Source: an uncultured Gemmatimonadales bacterium
GTDB lineage: Bacteria > Gemmatimonadota > Gemmatimonadetes > Gemmatimonadales > GWC2-71-9
DNA: 64,000 bases
Direction of reading: 5' to 3'
Assembly: GCA_963730185.1 (NCBI GenBank)
Contig: CAVSQW010000012.1
Location: 320,001 to 384,000, forward strand
The position numbers and the translations under genes were made by a program. The notes below the pieces were generated by a model. The model had not been told where the DNA came from and ran no database searches. It saw nothing but the letters and a program-made list of their open reading frames with translations. Shown here piece after piece: positions 18,868-28,097 of the stretch (position 1 is its first letter; each line of letters starts with the position of its first letter).

Positions 18868-21485
18868 CCGTCCCCCATTTCCCCAACGACGCCAAGCCCG
18901 TCGCCGACGACGTGGGGGCGCGTCGTACCGAGACCGCCCGGCGCTCGTTCCACCGGATCAACGCCCCACGGTACGATGTCGCCGTCGACGGCAACCAGCG
19001 TCGGATCGGCAACAAGCGACGACCGTCGGGACTCGCCAAGGAATCCGGCGCTCGCGGTCCGGAGGCCTTCGCCGCGAGCGGCTTCCTGGAGCACTTCGCC
19101 CGGCTAACCACCAAGCTGCTCAAGTCGGCACTGCTCGCGATCCCGCTGGTCGGCCAGGCCGCGTTCCTGGTCGACGCGTTCTTCAAGACCCTGACCGGCA
19201 AGAGCCCGCTGGAAGAGCTCTTCGCCGCGCTCGCCAAGCTGGCCAGCTCCAGCGTCGAGGGCGCCCTCTTCGCCCGGCTGATGCGCGCCATTCCCGCCTG
19301 GGTCCCGGTGGCCCGACGGGGCTACCGGGCCGAGTTCCGCTACGAGGAAGACGGGACGCCGCGGACGGTCGACAAGGAGGAAGAGCGAGAGGTCGAGGGG
19401 TTCCTCACGGCGAGCTACGCCCTCCACAACGACGTCGTGTTCACCCAGTGGAGCCACTTCCGGCATTGGGCCTTTCATGTCCTGCCGACTCCCGGTTTCG
19501 ACTACCTGATCGGCCGGGGCAACATTCCCGATCCGGCGGAGAACGGCTTCATCGACCGGATCGACACCAACATCAACGCACCCCTCTTCGAGCGGGCGCT
19601 CCGGATCTACGGCCAGCAGCGACCCAGCACCGACGATCCGGACCGCGGGGCCCTCGAGTGCCTGTTCGACGTGGGCGCGATCACCAAGCCACCGGGCGAC
19701 GGCGGCTTTCACGGGGCCCACTTCTCCGGCTTGTGGCCGTATTGGCCGATGGCGGGCGACTACTTCTGGGCCGCCGGGCGGTGGAGCTACGACTGCATGC
19801 GCGCCACCGCGGCCGACAAGACCGAGATCTACCCCAGCCAGATCAGCCCGATCAAGGCGTTCGCGGCCGCCCGGTACGAGGGAGTCAAGTTTCCGGAGAA
19901 CGAGAGCACCGTCGAAGCGGTCCGCTTCTTTTTCTTCGCCAGCTCCGAGGGAGGCTTTCGCGACTTTCACGTCGTGCCGGGTCGGAAGGGCCCGCCGGGA
20001 CAGCCCCACATCACCCTGCGCGATCGCGACTATGAGTTCGTGGTCGACCTCCCACCGCACGCCGAAGGGCGGAGCGCCTACCCGGTGGGATCCACCATCG
20101 ACTTCGCCTTCAACACGCTGGTGATCCGGCCGCGCCTGCTGGTCCAGGTGCGGGCCGCACCGTTCGCGGTGGGCGACAAGGTGCCCCAATTCGCCGAGGG
20201 ACTCAAAGCGGTCGCGATCGAGCCCAAGATCGAGCTGCTCCGCCCCTCGAAGCCGACCGAGCGGCCCCAGCAGGTGAAGATCACCATCCCGCTGAGTCAG
20301 CTGCCGGCCGCCGACCCGCAAGCTCGGGAGATGGTCGGGCTGGACATCGCGCTCGGCTGGCACGACCCGACCGGCGAGGAGCTGAAGGATCTGGTCCTGA
20401 TCGACGCCGACATCCGGTTCCCGAGATTCTACAGCCAGTCCGGGCCGGTCCGGCTCATGACCGCGATCAACGGGCGGTGGAACATCCTGACCGAGGACGT
20501 GGAGGAAGAGCCGGACGAGCCCCCGGCCGACTTCCCGCCTCCGGGCTCCCGATCGATCCACCGGGTTCGCCTCTTCCTGCCCAAGGAGGCTCCCGTCTCG
20601 ATCGTCGCCGGGGGAATTTGGTTCCACGGCTTCGGCGAGTTCATGGAGGGCGACACGCTCGCGGGTCGGCGGCTCTTCGTGGGAGGACTGCTCCTCAACG
20701 TCGACGACGACACCAAGCGGCGGCTGCAGGGGGTCATCGACGACGTTCGCAAGACCGTCAACGACCTCCGGAAGGCGGGGCAGACCGTCAAGGATCCCAA
20801 GGCGAGGATCAAGGCGGAGATCCAGAAGCAAATCGACGAGGAGCGGAAGAAGGGCACCGACCCCCGGGCCCTGGCCGAGCTGCAGAAGCAGATGGACGCC
20901 CTGGTGGACGGGCTCCCCGACACGCCGGACGGGATCCAGGCGGCCCTGGCCGCCCTGGACCGCCGGCTGACCGGCATCCTCGACGTGCTCGACGGGATCG
21001 AGGAGTTCCTGAAGGTCACCGACGACCTCATCGGCGAGCGATACTTCCCGGTCTGGCACGAGGACATCGACAACGAGCAGAAGACCGGCGTCGAAGAGAG
21101 CAAGCGGGTGTCGGCCATCGCCCGAACGATGTTCATCCACCCCACCCCGGTGGTCAATCGCCACGACGAGCCCATGGGCTGGGTCGAATTCATCGACCGG
21201 GGGCGGGGCACGCTCGGGCGGGAGCCGAGTGGGGCGTTGATCGTGCCGAATCCGCTGGGGCGGGGGACCGCCGGGGAGCTGCTCAAGCTGGCCGACGCCA
21301 ACGGCGGCAAGCCCATCCGGATGCGGCTGGTGGCGCAACCCTTTACCGGGGTAGGCAGCGGCAACAACCTGGCTCGACGGATCAACCCGCCCCAGGAGCG
21401 GTCCGACTACGAGTTCCAGGTGAACCTCGAGGTCCACCGGTTCCCGTTCCCAGCGCCCAAGAGCGGCGATCCCGAGGTCGGCTGA
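18864..21485 (+). CDS. Large hypothetical protein (873 aa) with a hydrophobic segment and a coiled-coil insert; candidate effector (cassette 2 cargo)
   Basis: GTGA overlap with the upstream gene; LLKSALLAIPLVGQAAFLVDAFF; charged helical block at about 20700-21030. Confidence 0.75.
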   Translation: MTVPHFPNDAKPVADDVGARRTETARRSFHRINAPRYDVAVDGNQRRIGNKRRPSGLAKESGARGPEAFAASGFLEHFARLTTKLLKSALLAIPLVGQAAFLVDAFFKTLTGKSPLEELFAALAKLASSSVEGALFARLMRAIPAWVPVARRGYRAEFRYEEDGTPRTVDKEEEREVEGFLTASYALHNDVVFTQWSHFRHWAFHVLPTPGFDYLIGRGNIPDPAENGFIDRIDTNINAPLFERALRIYGQQRPSTDDPDRGALECLFDVGAITKPPGDGGFHGAHFSGLWPYWPMAGDYFWAAGRWSYDCMRATAADKTEIYPSQISPIKAFAAARYEGVKFPENESTVEAVRFFFFASSEGGFRDFHVVPGRKGPPGQPHITLRDRDYEFVVDLPPHAEGRSAYPVGSTIDFAFNTLVIRPRLLVQVRAAPFAVGDKVPQFAEGLKAVAIEPKIELLRPSKPTERPQQVKITIPLSQLPAADPQAREMVGLDIALGWHDPTGEELKDLVLIDADIRFPRFYSQSGPVRLMTAINGRWNILTEDVEEEPDEPPADFPPPGSRSIHRVRLFLPKEAPVSIVAGGIWFHGFGEFMEGDTLAGRRLFVGGLLLNVDDDTKRRLQGVIDDVRKTVNDLRKAGQTVKDPKARIKAEIQKQIDEERKKGTDPRALAELQKQMDALVDGLPDTPDGIQAALAALDRRLTGILDVLDGIEEFLKVTDDLIGERYFPVWHEDIDNEQKTGVEESKRVSAIARTMFIHPTPVVNRHDEPMGWVEFIDRGRGTLGREPSGALIVPNPLGRGTAGELLKLADANGGKPIRMRLVAQPFTGVGSGNNLARRINPPQERSDYEFQVNLEVHRFPFPAPKSGDPEVG

Positions 21486-21575
21486 GCCCGTCGCCAGGAC
21501 GCCGGCGGCCGTTTGGTCTTCCTCGACCCCGCTCCACCCGGCATATTCAGCGGCATCCCGGCCCACGGCCGCCCC

Positions 21576-23126
21576 ATGACCGAACCCCAGTCGCCCGCGC
21601 CCCTCGGCCCGGCCGACCGCACCACCTTCTTCGAGGAACAGGCTCGCCGTCGACGCCGGACCCACCATTTCGCGGTGGCGTCCGCGCTCGCCGTGGCCCT
21701 CGCCGGCATTCCGGTGAGTCTGGTGGTTTCCCCCCTGCTCTACCTGGTCACCCTCACGGTGGCCCACCTGATCCAGCTCGCGACCCCGCTCCCGGCGGCC
21801 TTCTGGCACCTGGTGGATCAGGCCGGCCGCTTCCTGCCGACCGTGGCCCACCAGATCGACCGGGCCATTCAGGCCGGCAACTGGCGGTTGCTGGACCTCC
21901 GCGCACTCGGCCTGCTGGGAATGGCCCTCGTCCTTCCCGGCATCGCCCTCTCGGTCGTGGCCTGGCTCTGGGTCCGGGCGCTGCTCCATCGGGTCGGCGT
22001 GGGCGGGGTCCTGACCCGGATCGGCGCTCGACCCCCGCAGGAGGACCGCCTGGAGGAACGCCAGCTGGTCAACCTGGTGGAGGAGATGGGCATCGCCGGT
22101 GGGCTCCGCCGGCCCCGGGTGATGCTCCTCGACGTGGCGACCCCCAACGCCGCCGCCATCGGCCGGAATCGCGACGACGCCACGATCGTCGTAACCCGGG
22201 GCCTCCTGGAGGAGCTGAGCCGGGACCAGACCCAAGCCGTGATCGGGCATCTGGTCGGGTCGATCGGAAACGGCGATCTGGAGATCGCCTGGCTGCTGCT
22301 GGCCGTGTTCCAGACGTACGCCCTCCTGACCGTCCTGCTCCAGGCACCCTCCTCGCGGACCGCGCGGCGGAATGCGTGGCGGGCGGTCAAAGGACTGGTG
22401 CTCCGCGACCAGGCCGAGCTGGAGCAGGTGGCCGACCTCCTGGCCAGCGACGACGATGGGAAGACCGTGGGCGAGGCCGACGAGGTCCGGACCGTGTTGG
22501 GGCTCTGGCGGTTCCCGTTCATCATCGTGGGCCTGACCGTCCAGGTGCTGGTCACGGTCGGGACCATGCTGATCGTGGGCCCGGCCCTGGGCGCGCTCTG
22601 GCGGACCCGGAGGTACCTGGCCGATGCCTGCGCGGTGCAGCTGACCCGGAACCCCGACGGGATGGCCGGCGCGCTCCAGAAGCTGGCCAATGAAGGCGGC
22701 TTCCCGGCCGGCCGGTCGAGCCGCCTCCTGTTCGTGGTCTGGGGCGGGTCGTCCGGGGGGGGCAGCGGGCCGACCATCCCGGGCGGGCTCCATCCTCGGA
22801 TCGACCGCCGGATCCGCCGGCTCGAGGCCACGGGAGCCAAGGCGGCGCCGGTCCGGGCACCGCACTGGAGCCTCCACTGGTGGACCCCACTGGTCGCGGT
22901 CCTGATGGCGGTGGTCTATCTGGTGATGGCGGCGGCGCTGGTGATGATGGTCGCGGCGGCGATCTTCTTGACGGGCATGAGTCTGGCGTTCACCGCCGCG
23001 GCCATCGCTTTCGTCCACTGGTTCTTCGGAATCGCGCCCCACCTGCCCGCCATCGCGCGACGGGCCGCCGTGATCGGACAGGAGCTGGTCCGCGCCCTCC
23101 AGCAGCTCTGGGCCCACCGCCGCTAG
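21576..23126 (+). CDS. M48/HtpX-like membrane protein with a degenerate zinc-binding motif
   Basis: FFEEQARRRRRT, NLVEEMGIAGG..P, PNAAAIG, VTRGLLEELSRD, RYLADACAVQLTRNPDG and HPRIDRRI motifs; HExxH is replaced by HLVGS. Confidence 0.8.
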   Translation: MTEPQSPAPLGPADRTTFFEEQARRRRRTHHFAVASALAVALAGIPVSLVVSPLLYLVTLTVAHLIQLATPLPAAFWHLVDQAGRFLPTVAHQIDRAIQAGNWRLLDLRALGLLGMALVLPGIALSVVAWLWVRALLHRVGVGGVLTRIGARPPQEDRLEERQLVNLVEEMGIAGGLRRPRVMLLDVATPNAAAIGRNRDDATIVVTRGLLEELSRDQTQAVIGHLVGSIGNGDLEIAWLLLAVFQTYALLTVLLQAPSSRTARRNAWRAVKGLVLRDQAELEQVADLLASDDDGKTVGEADEVRTVLGLWRFPFIIVGLTVQVLVTVGTMLIVGPALGALWRTRRYLADACAVQLTRNPDGMAGALQKLANEGGFPAGRSSRLLFVVWGGSSGGGSGPTIPGGLHPRIDRRIRRLEATGAKAAPVRAPHWSLHWWTPLVAVLMAVVYLVMAAALVMMVAAAIFLTGMSLAFTAAAIAFVHWFFGIAPHLPAIARRAAVIGQELVRALQQLWAHRR

Positions 23127-23139
23127 GCGCGCCCGGGCC

Positions 23140-23613
23140 TTACTCCTTCGACCGCCAGCGGTGGATGGCCTGCTCCAGCCGGGCCCCGAGGGAAAGCAGC
23201 AGCAGCGCCAGCACGAGGACCAGGATGCCGACCCGCCAGAGGCCGAGCGCGGCGGCCACCCCGAGCGCGGCCGCCAGCCAGATCGACGCGGCGGTGGTGA
23301 GGCCGTGGACCCGGCGGCCGTCTTCCTGATGGAGGATCACGCCGGCGCCGATGAACCCCACCCCGGCCACGACCCCCTGCACCACCCGGCTCACCGCGGC
23401 CAGATCGACCGCTCCGCCCGGAGCCATCAGTTGGAGCGGCACCAGGGAGAAGAGCGCCGCCCCGAGCGCCACCAGCGCATGGGTCCGGAGACCGGCCGGC
23501 TTGTCGCTCAGCTCCCGATCGAGGCCGAGACCGGCACCGAGCAGAGTCGCGGCGACCAATCGGCCGAGAAAAGCGGCCCAGGTGGTAGGGGCGGTGACGA
23601 GCTCCAGCTCCAC
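23140..23613 (-). CDS. MgtC/SapB family membrane protein
   Basis: GLDRE..KPAGLRTHALV, QGVVAGVGFIGAGVI and GLTTAASIW motifs. Confidence 0.92.
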   Translation of the reverse strand: MELELVTAPTTWAAFLGRLVAATLLGAGLGLDRELSDKPAGLRTHALVALGAALFSLVPLQLMAPGGAVDLAAVSRVVQGVVAGVGFIGAGVILHQEDGRRVHGLTTAASIWLAAALGVAAALGLWRVGILVLVLALLLLSLGARLEQAIHRWRSKE

Positions 23614-23622
23614 GCGGCCTCG

Positions 23623-23988
23623 CTAGCGTCGGACGAGGAGGTAGCCGGCCACGATCGCGACCGCGAACACGACCACACCGATCACGACCGGTCCGGGGCG
23701 GCGGGATCCGACTGGTCCGGCCGGCGGCGACGGCGGCGAGGCCCGGGACCCGGGGCCGGAGACACGAATTCGGGGCGCTCCGGCCCGAGCGACCGACGCC
23801 GCGGCCGGCTTCGCGCCGGACGCGGCACCGCTCCCGCCTCCCGGCTCCGAGACGTACGCCACCGACAGCGTGCCGGCCTGGGTGCGGAACCTGCCGCGAA
23901 CTCGCGCACCTGAGCGAGCAGAGCGGGCAATGGCTTCGATCGCAGGTGGTACAGGCACCATCGTCACTCTCCCCTTGGGCCGGGTCAT
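23623..23988 (-). CDS. Small hypothetical protein with a C-terminal TM anchor
   Basis: C-terminal VVIGVVVFAVAIVAGYLLVRR; directly upstream of the MgtC-family gene; start uncertain. Confidence 0.45.
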   Translation of the reverse strand: MTRPKGRVTMVPVPPAIEAIARSARSGARVRGRFRTQAGTLSVAYVSEPGGGSGAASGAKPAAASVARAGAPRIRVSGPGSRASPPSPPAGPVGSRRPGPVVIGVVVFAVAIVAGYLLVRR

Positions 23989-24404
23989 TCGCTGCGGGCC
24001 TGCTCACAGGCTTCGCAGAGCTCGGCCGCCGTCACCGGAGAATCGCCGGATGCCCGCTCCCCCGACCGCGGTCGAGCAGGATATCGAAGGCGTTGCCGGG
24101 CTGATGTGGTCGAGTTCACTAGCGAGGGTCGGAGGCAGAGGACGGGCCAGACAGGGGAGACCCCGGCGTGGTTGTGCCAACAGCCAGCTTAGCTCGGCTT
24201 TCGGCGGCAAGCAACTCCGGGCCGCTCGCCCCGCAGGATCCTCTGCACGGTATCGGTCGCCCAAGGTCGCGGGGCCAGCGCTCCGGCGGCTCGACGACTC
24301 GGGCGGTTTCAGACTCCAGCCGCACCCGGCGGCTGCCGGAGGGATGACCCCGGGGCCGCTAGATTGCCAAATGCGACAAGCGACGCCCTCGATCGGAGCC
24401 CTGG

Positions 24405-24860
24405 ATGTCCGAGCTCAACCCCGCCTACCTCGACCGCCTCTACCCGGCCGTGAACGGGAGCCCGTTTCCTTGCCATCTGGGATTCCGCCTCGTCTCGGTG
24501 CGGGCGGACAGCGCCCGGGTGGAGCTCCCGATCCAACGTCATCACCTCCAGCCGTTCGGGATCGTCCACGGCGGGGTGATCTCCACCCTGATCGACACCG
24601 CCACCTTCTGGGCCGCGTTCGGAACGATCCCCGCCGACGCGGGACTGGTGAACGTCGACCTCAAGCTCAACTACCTGGAGCCGGCGGTCTCCGGGACACT
24701 GGTCGCGGAAGGAATACTGATCCGCCCGGGACGCACCGTCAGCTACGCCGAGGCCCGGGTCATGACCGAGGGCGGGACGCTGGTCGCGCACGGGACCTCG
24801 TCGCTGATGAGCTTGCCCGGGAAGGGCCTCGACCTCGGCGTGCCGAAGTACCTCACCTGA
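24405..24860 (+). CDS. PaaI family hotdog-fold thioesterase
   Basis: HLQPFGIVHGGVISTLIDTA..VDLKLNYL..GRTV motifs. Confidence 0.92.
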   Translation: MSELNPAYLDRLYPAVNGSPFPCHLGFRLVSVRADSARVELPIQRHHLQPFGIVHGGVISTLIDTATFWAAFGTIPADAGLVNVDLKLNYLEPAVSGTLVAEGILIRPGRTVSYAEARVMTEGGTLVAHGTSSLMSLPGKGLDLGVPKYLT

Positions 24861-25111
24861 ACCGTTTCCGCTTGTGGGACCGGCCGGCGAGACCGATTAT
24901 AGGAAGCACCGCCATCAACCAACCATCGACCAACGGCCTCGGACTCATGCCTCACGCCGTCCGCCTTCTTCTCGCGTTCACCCTCCGCCGCCACCTTGAG
25001 CGGTCTGGTGTTCCGCGGGATCGGCCCCGCCGGAACCGGGGTCGGCTCGGCGAGATCGCGGTCGACCCCGCCGGCCGGAGCAGGCGGCTCCCGACCTGGC
25101 CATAGGAGGTC

Positions 25112-25561
25112 ATGATGCACCGACACTTGGCACTCACCGCGCTCGTCGCGACGGTCGCCGGATGCTCCGGCGGACCCGGCGGCAGCGTGAACGACCCGAT
25201 GGGCCCCGGCTCGGGGCCGTTCCTGACCTACACCGGCTCCTTCCATCCGGTGGTGCACGCCGGCAGCGGCATGGCTCAGGTCTACGTCTCGGGCATCAGC
25301 ACGGAGCTCCAATTCACGAACGACTTCGCGACCCAGGGCGGTCCCAACCTCGAGGTCTGGCTGGTGGCCGCGGACGACGCCGCCGACAGCGGTACGGTGC
25401 TCGGCGCGGACCACGTGAGCCTGGGACCGCTCAAGAGCCCGACCGGGGGCCAGACGTACACCGTGCCGGCCGGCACCGACTTCAGCCACTTTCGGTCGGT
25501 CACCGTGTGGTGCGTGTCGGCCAAGGTCAACTTCACGACCGCACCCCTGATGATGAAATGA
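25112..25561 (+). CDS. DM13-domain lipoprotein
   Basis: Lipobox VAGC; GPNLEVWL..LGPLKSPTGGQTY..VTVWC...VNF; AGGAGG RBS. Confidence 0.88.
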   Translation: MMHRHLALTALVATVAGCSGGPGGSVNDPMGPGSGPFLTYTGSFHPVVHAGSGMAQVYVSGISTELQFTNDFATQGGPNLEVWLVAADDAADSGTVLGADHVSLGPLKSPTGGQTYTVPAGTDFSHFRSVTVWCVSAKVNFTTAPLMMK

Positions 25562-25566
25562 GATCC

Positions 25567-26487
25567 ATGCGCACCCTCCGCTTCGGGACCCCGCTCGTCT
25601 TCGCCGCCGCGCTCGCCTGTGGTCGCTCCGGCCCCGGCTCGATGCCGGCTCCGGTCGCCTTCTCGCTCCCCGATTCGGTCATCGTCGTCGACGGCCAGAC
25701 CGGTCGGCCCGTGTCGACCGCCGACTTGACCGGCCGCCTCGCGGCCGCCGACCTCGTCCTCCTCGGCGAGTTCCACGACGATGCCCTCCACCACCGGCTT
25801 CGGGGTGAGTTGATCACCGCGTTCGGCCAGCGGCACCCGGCCGTGGTGTTCGAGCAGTTCGCCGAGGCCGACGGCCCGATCGCGCCGCCGGCCGCCGGCG
25901 AATCCGAGACGGACTGGCTCGACCGGAACGGGTTCGATCGGACCGGATGGCGATGGCCCCTGCACCGGCCGGTGGTCGACGCGGCGCTGGCCCACGCCAG
26001 GGCGATCTGGGGGAGCGGGCTCTCGCGGGAATCGCTCCGGGCGGTGGTCCGGGGCGGGGCCGATGCGGCCCCGGAACCGCTCCGGGCGCTGATCGGGCGG
26101 ACCCCGCTGGACAGCGTGGCCCGGGCGGAGATCGACCGCGAGCTGATCGAGGGGCACTGCGGCCAGCTGCCACCCTCGATGCTTCCGGGCATGCGGGCCG
26201 CGCAGGAGGCCCGCGACGCCTCGATGACCCGGGCCCTGCTCGCCGCCGTCGCGACCGGCCCCGCCTGGCTGATCGCCGGCAACGGGCACGTCCGGGCCGA
26301 CATGGGGGTGCCCCGGATGCTCCGGATCGTGGCGCCGGAGCGGAAGATGCTCGTGGTCGGATTCCTGGAGCGCGACGAGCGCGGCAACCTGCCGGCCGCC
26401 ACCGAGCGCCGCGCCTATGACCTCGTGGTGGTGACGCCGCGGGTGGAGCGCGAGGACCCCTGCGCCGCCTTCAAGCGCCAGAGCTGA
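25567..26487 (+). CDS. ChaN family (heme-uptake associated) lipoprotein
   Basis: Lipobox ALAC; VLLGEFHDD..HH, GHCG, QEARDASM and IAGNGHVR..GVP motifs. Confidence 0.88.
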   Translation: MRTLRFGTPLVFAAALACGRSGPGSMPAPVAFSLPDSVIVVDGQTGRPVSTADLTGRLAAADLVLLGEFHDDALHHRLRGELITAFGQRHPAVVFEQFAEADGPIAPPAAGESETDWLDRNGFDRTGWRWPLHRPVVDAALAHARAIWGSGLSRESLRAVVRGGADAAPEPLRALIGRTPLDSVARAEIDRELIEGHCGQLPPSMLPGMRAAQEARDASMTRALLAAVATGPAWLIAGNGHVRADMGVPRMLRIVAPERKMLVVGFLERDERGNLPAATERRAYDLVVVTPRVEREDPCAAFKRQS

Positions 26488-26499
26488 CGCCGGGAGCGC

Positions 26500-27939
26500 T
26501 CAGAGGTAGGGCTGGGCCAGCCGGGCAACCCCATCGCGAAGCTGCACGGCCAACGGTCGCCGGTCCAGATCGTCCCGCGTCACCGGACGGGACGCCCCGA
26601 TCTTCCGGTCGAGCAGCGCGTCGAGCCGGGAGGCCAGCTCGGTCGAGTAACACTCCACCCCGTACTCGAAGTTGAGGCGGAGGCTCCGCGGGTCCCAATT
26701 GGCCGACCCAATCAACGACCAGGCCCCATCCACCACGAACACCTTGGAGTGATCGAAGGGCGGCGGGGAGAGGTACACCCGGCAGCCGGTGTCGACGATC
26801 TGCCGGAGCTGGCCCATCATCGCCCACTGCACCAGCCGGAGGTTTCCCTGCTCCGGCAGGACGATCTCCACCCGGACGCCCCTGAGCGCCGCAGTCCGGA
26901 AAGCGGCCACCAGCGGGCCGTCCGGCAGGAAGTAGGGGGTGGCCAGGCGGATCGTGCGGGTGGCCTGCGACAGGGCGCCGAGCAGGGTCTGCAACAGGGT
27001 TTCGAAGTCTTCGTCCGGGCCATCCGGAATGCCTCGCGCGGCCACCGTTCCCCGTGGCTCGAGTGGCGGGAACCAGGCCTCGCCATCCAACGCCTCGCGG
27101 GCCGCGAAGCCCCAGTCGACCGCGAAGGCGCTCATCAGCTGTCGCACCACCGGCCCCCCGAGCCGGAAGTGGACGTCCTGGGTCGCCCCCTTGGGCGAGC
27201 GTTCCAGGAGACACCCGTCGCGAATGTTCAGCCCGCCGCAGAAGGCCGTGGTGCCGTCGACCACCATGATCTTCCGGTGGTTGCGGAGATTGAAGTACGG
27301 GTGGAGGACCGGGATCGCGGGCGGAAGGAAGCGGGCCACCGGCACCTGCCGTTGGCGGAGCGCCCGGGTGATCGGCGGGCGGCTGTAGCGGGCGCCGACG
27401 CCATCGATCAGGACCCGGACCCCAACCCCCCGAGCGACCGCGCTCGCGAGCGCTTCCACGAACCGGTCGCCGGCGACGCCCCGGTCGAAGATGTAGGTGG
27501 CCAGCGCCACGCTGTACTTCGCCTGCTCGATCGCCTCGAGCATCGCGGGGTAGCCTTCGTCGCCGTTCACCAGGAGGTCCACCGCGTTGCCCGGGGTGAG
27601 GCGCTGGCCGGTGGCCGTTCCCACCAGGGTAGCGAGCGACCGGATCGACTGGGGCGTGGCCTCCGGCAGCAGGGCTTCGTCCGTCCGATAGACGGCCAGC
27701 TCCGCGGTGTAGCGCTCCGCCAGCGCCGCCCGGCCCCGGATCCGCACCGCCTGCCGCCGGATCCGGTTGATGCCGAGCAGGCCATATAGGACGGCTCCCA
27801 CGATCGGCGCCAGCCAGACCAGGCCGGTCCAGCCGATGGCCGCCCGGACGTCCCGCTTGGTGAGCACGATATGGCCCGAGACCACGATCGCGAGCACGAC
27901 GTGGAGAACGCCGATCAGCTCCTGCACGAAGCTGGTCAC
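26500..27939 (-). CDS. cls: Cardiolipin synthase (PLD superfamily)
   Basis: Two HKD motifs (NHRKIMVVDG, HSKVFVVDG); GSANWDPRS; two N-terminal TM helices. Confidence 0.92.
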   Translation of the reverse strand: MTSFVQELIGVLHVVLAIVVSGHIVLTKRDVRAAIGWTGLVWLAPIVGAVLYGLLGINRIRRQAVRIRGRAALAERYTAELAVYRTDEALLPEATPQSIRSLATLVGTATGQRLTPGNAVDLLVNGDEGYPAMLEAIEQAKYSVALATYIFDRGVAGDRFVEALASAVARGVGVRVLIDGVGARYSRPPITRALRQRQVPVARFLPPAIPVLHPYFNLRNHRKIMVVDGTTAFCGGLNIRDGCLLERSPKGATQDVHFRLGGPVVRQLMSAFAVDWGFAAREALDGEAWFPPLEPRGTVAARGIPDGPDEDFETLLQTLLGALSQATRTIRLATPYFLPDGPLVAAFRTAALRGVRVEIVLPEQGNLRLVQWAMMGQLRQIVDTGCRVYLSPPPFDHSKVFVVDGAWSLIGSANWDPRSLRLNFEYGVECYSTELASRLDALLDRKIGASRPVTRDDLDRRPLAVQLRDGVARLAQPYL

Positions 27940-28097
27940 CCGGACGCCTTCGCCGAGTCTTCACGATGCCTTAATGCGCCAGGCACTACCCTCGGCCCCA
28001 CGACACCGGGGCCGGCCCCGTGAGCCGCCATTCCTTGCGAACCCGCCCGGCCTTCGCGTCTTTTGGAGTGCATTCCTCTCTCCAAGGTGAGGTCCCC

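Noticed and set aside
9738..21485. Prophage or complete T6SS/eCIS gene cluster
   Set aside because: No capsid, terminase, sheath, tube, VgrG, baseplate or integrase genes in the window.
19104..23117. 1337-aa minus-strand ORF and similar long antisense ORFs (474-2945, 11688-14171, 27936-30005, 55841-58294)
   Set aside because: These are shadows of real genes on the opposite strand, expected at high GC with strong codon bias; they have no motifs.
24000..24400. Riboswitch/ncRNA or sigma-54 site in the long intergenic gap upstream of the MgtC-family unit
   Set aside because: I recognise no riboswitch consensus, and TGGCAC-to-GC spacing is off by one; an Rfam/Infernal scan would be needed.
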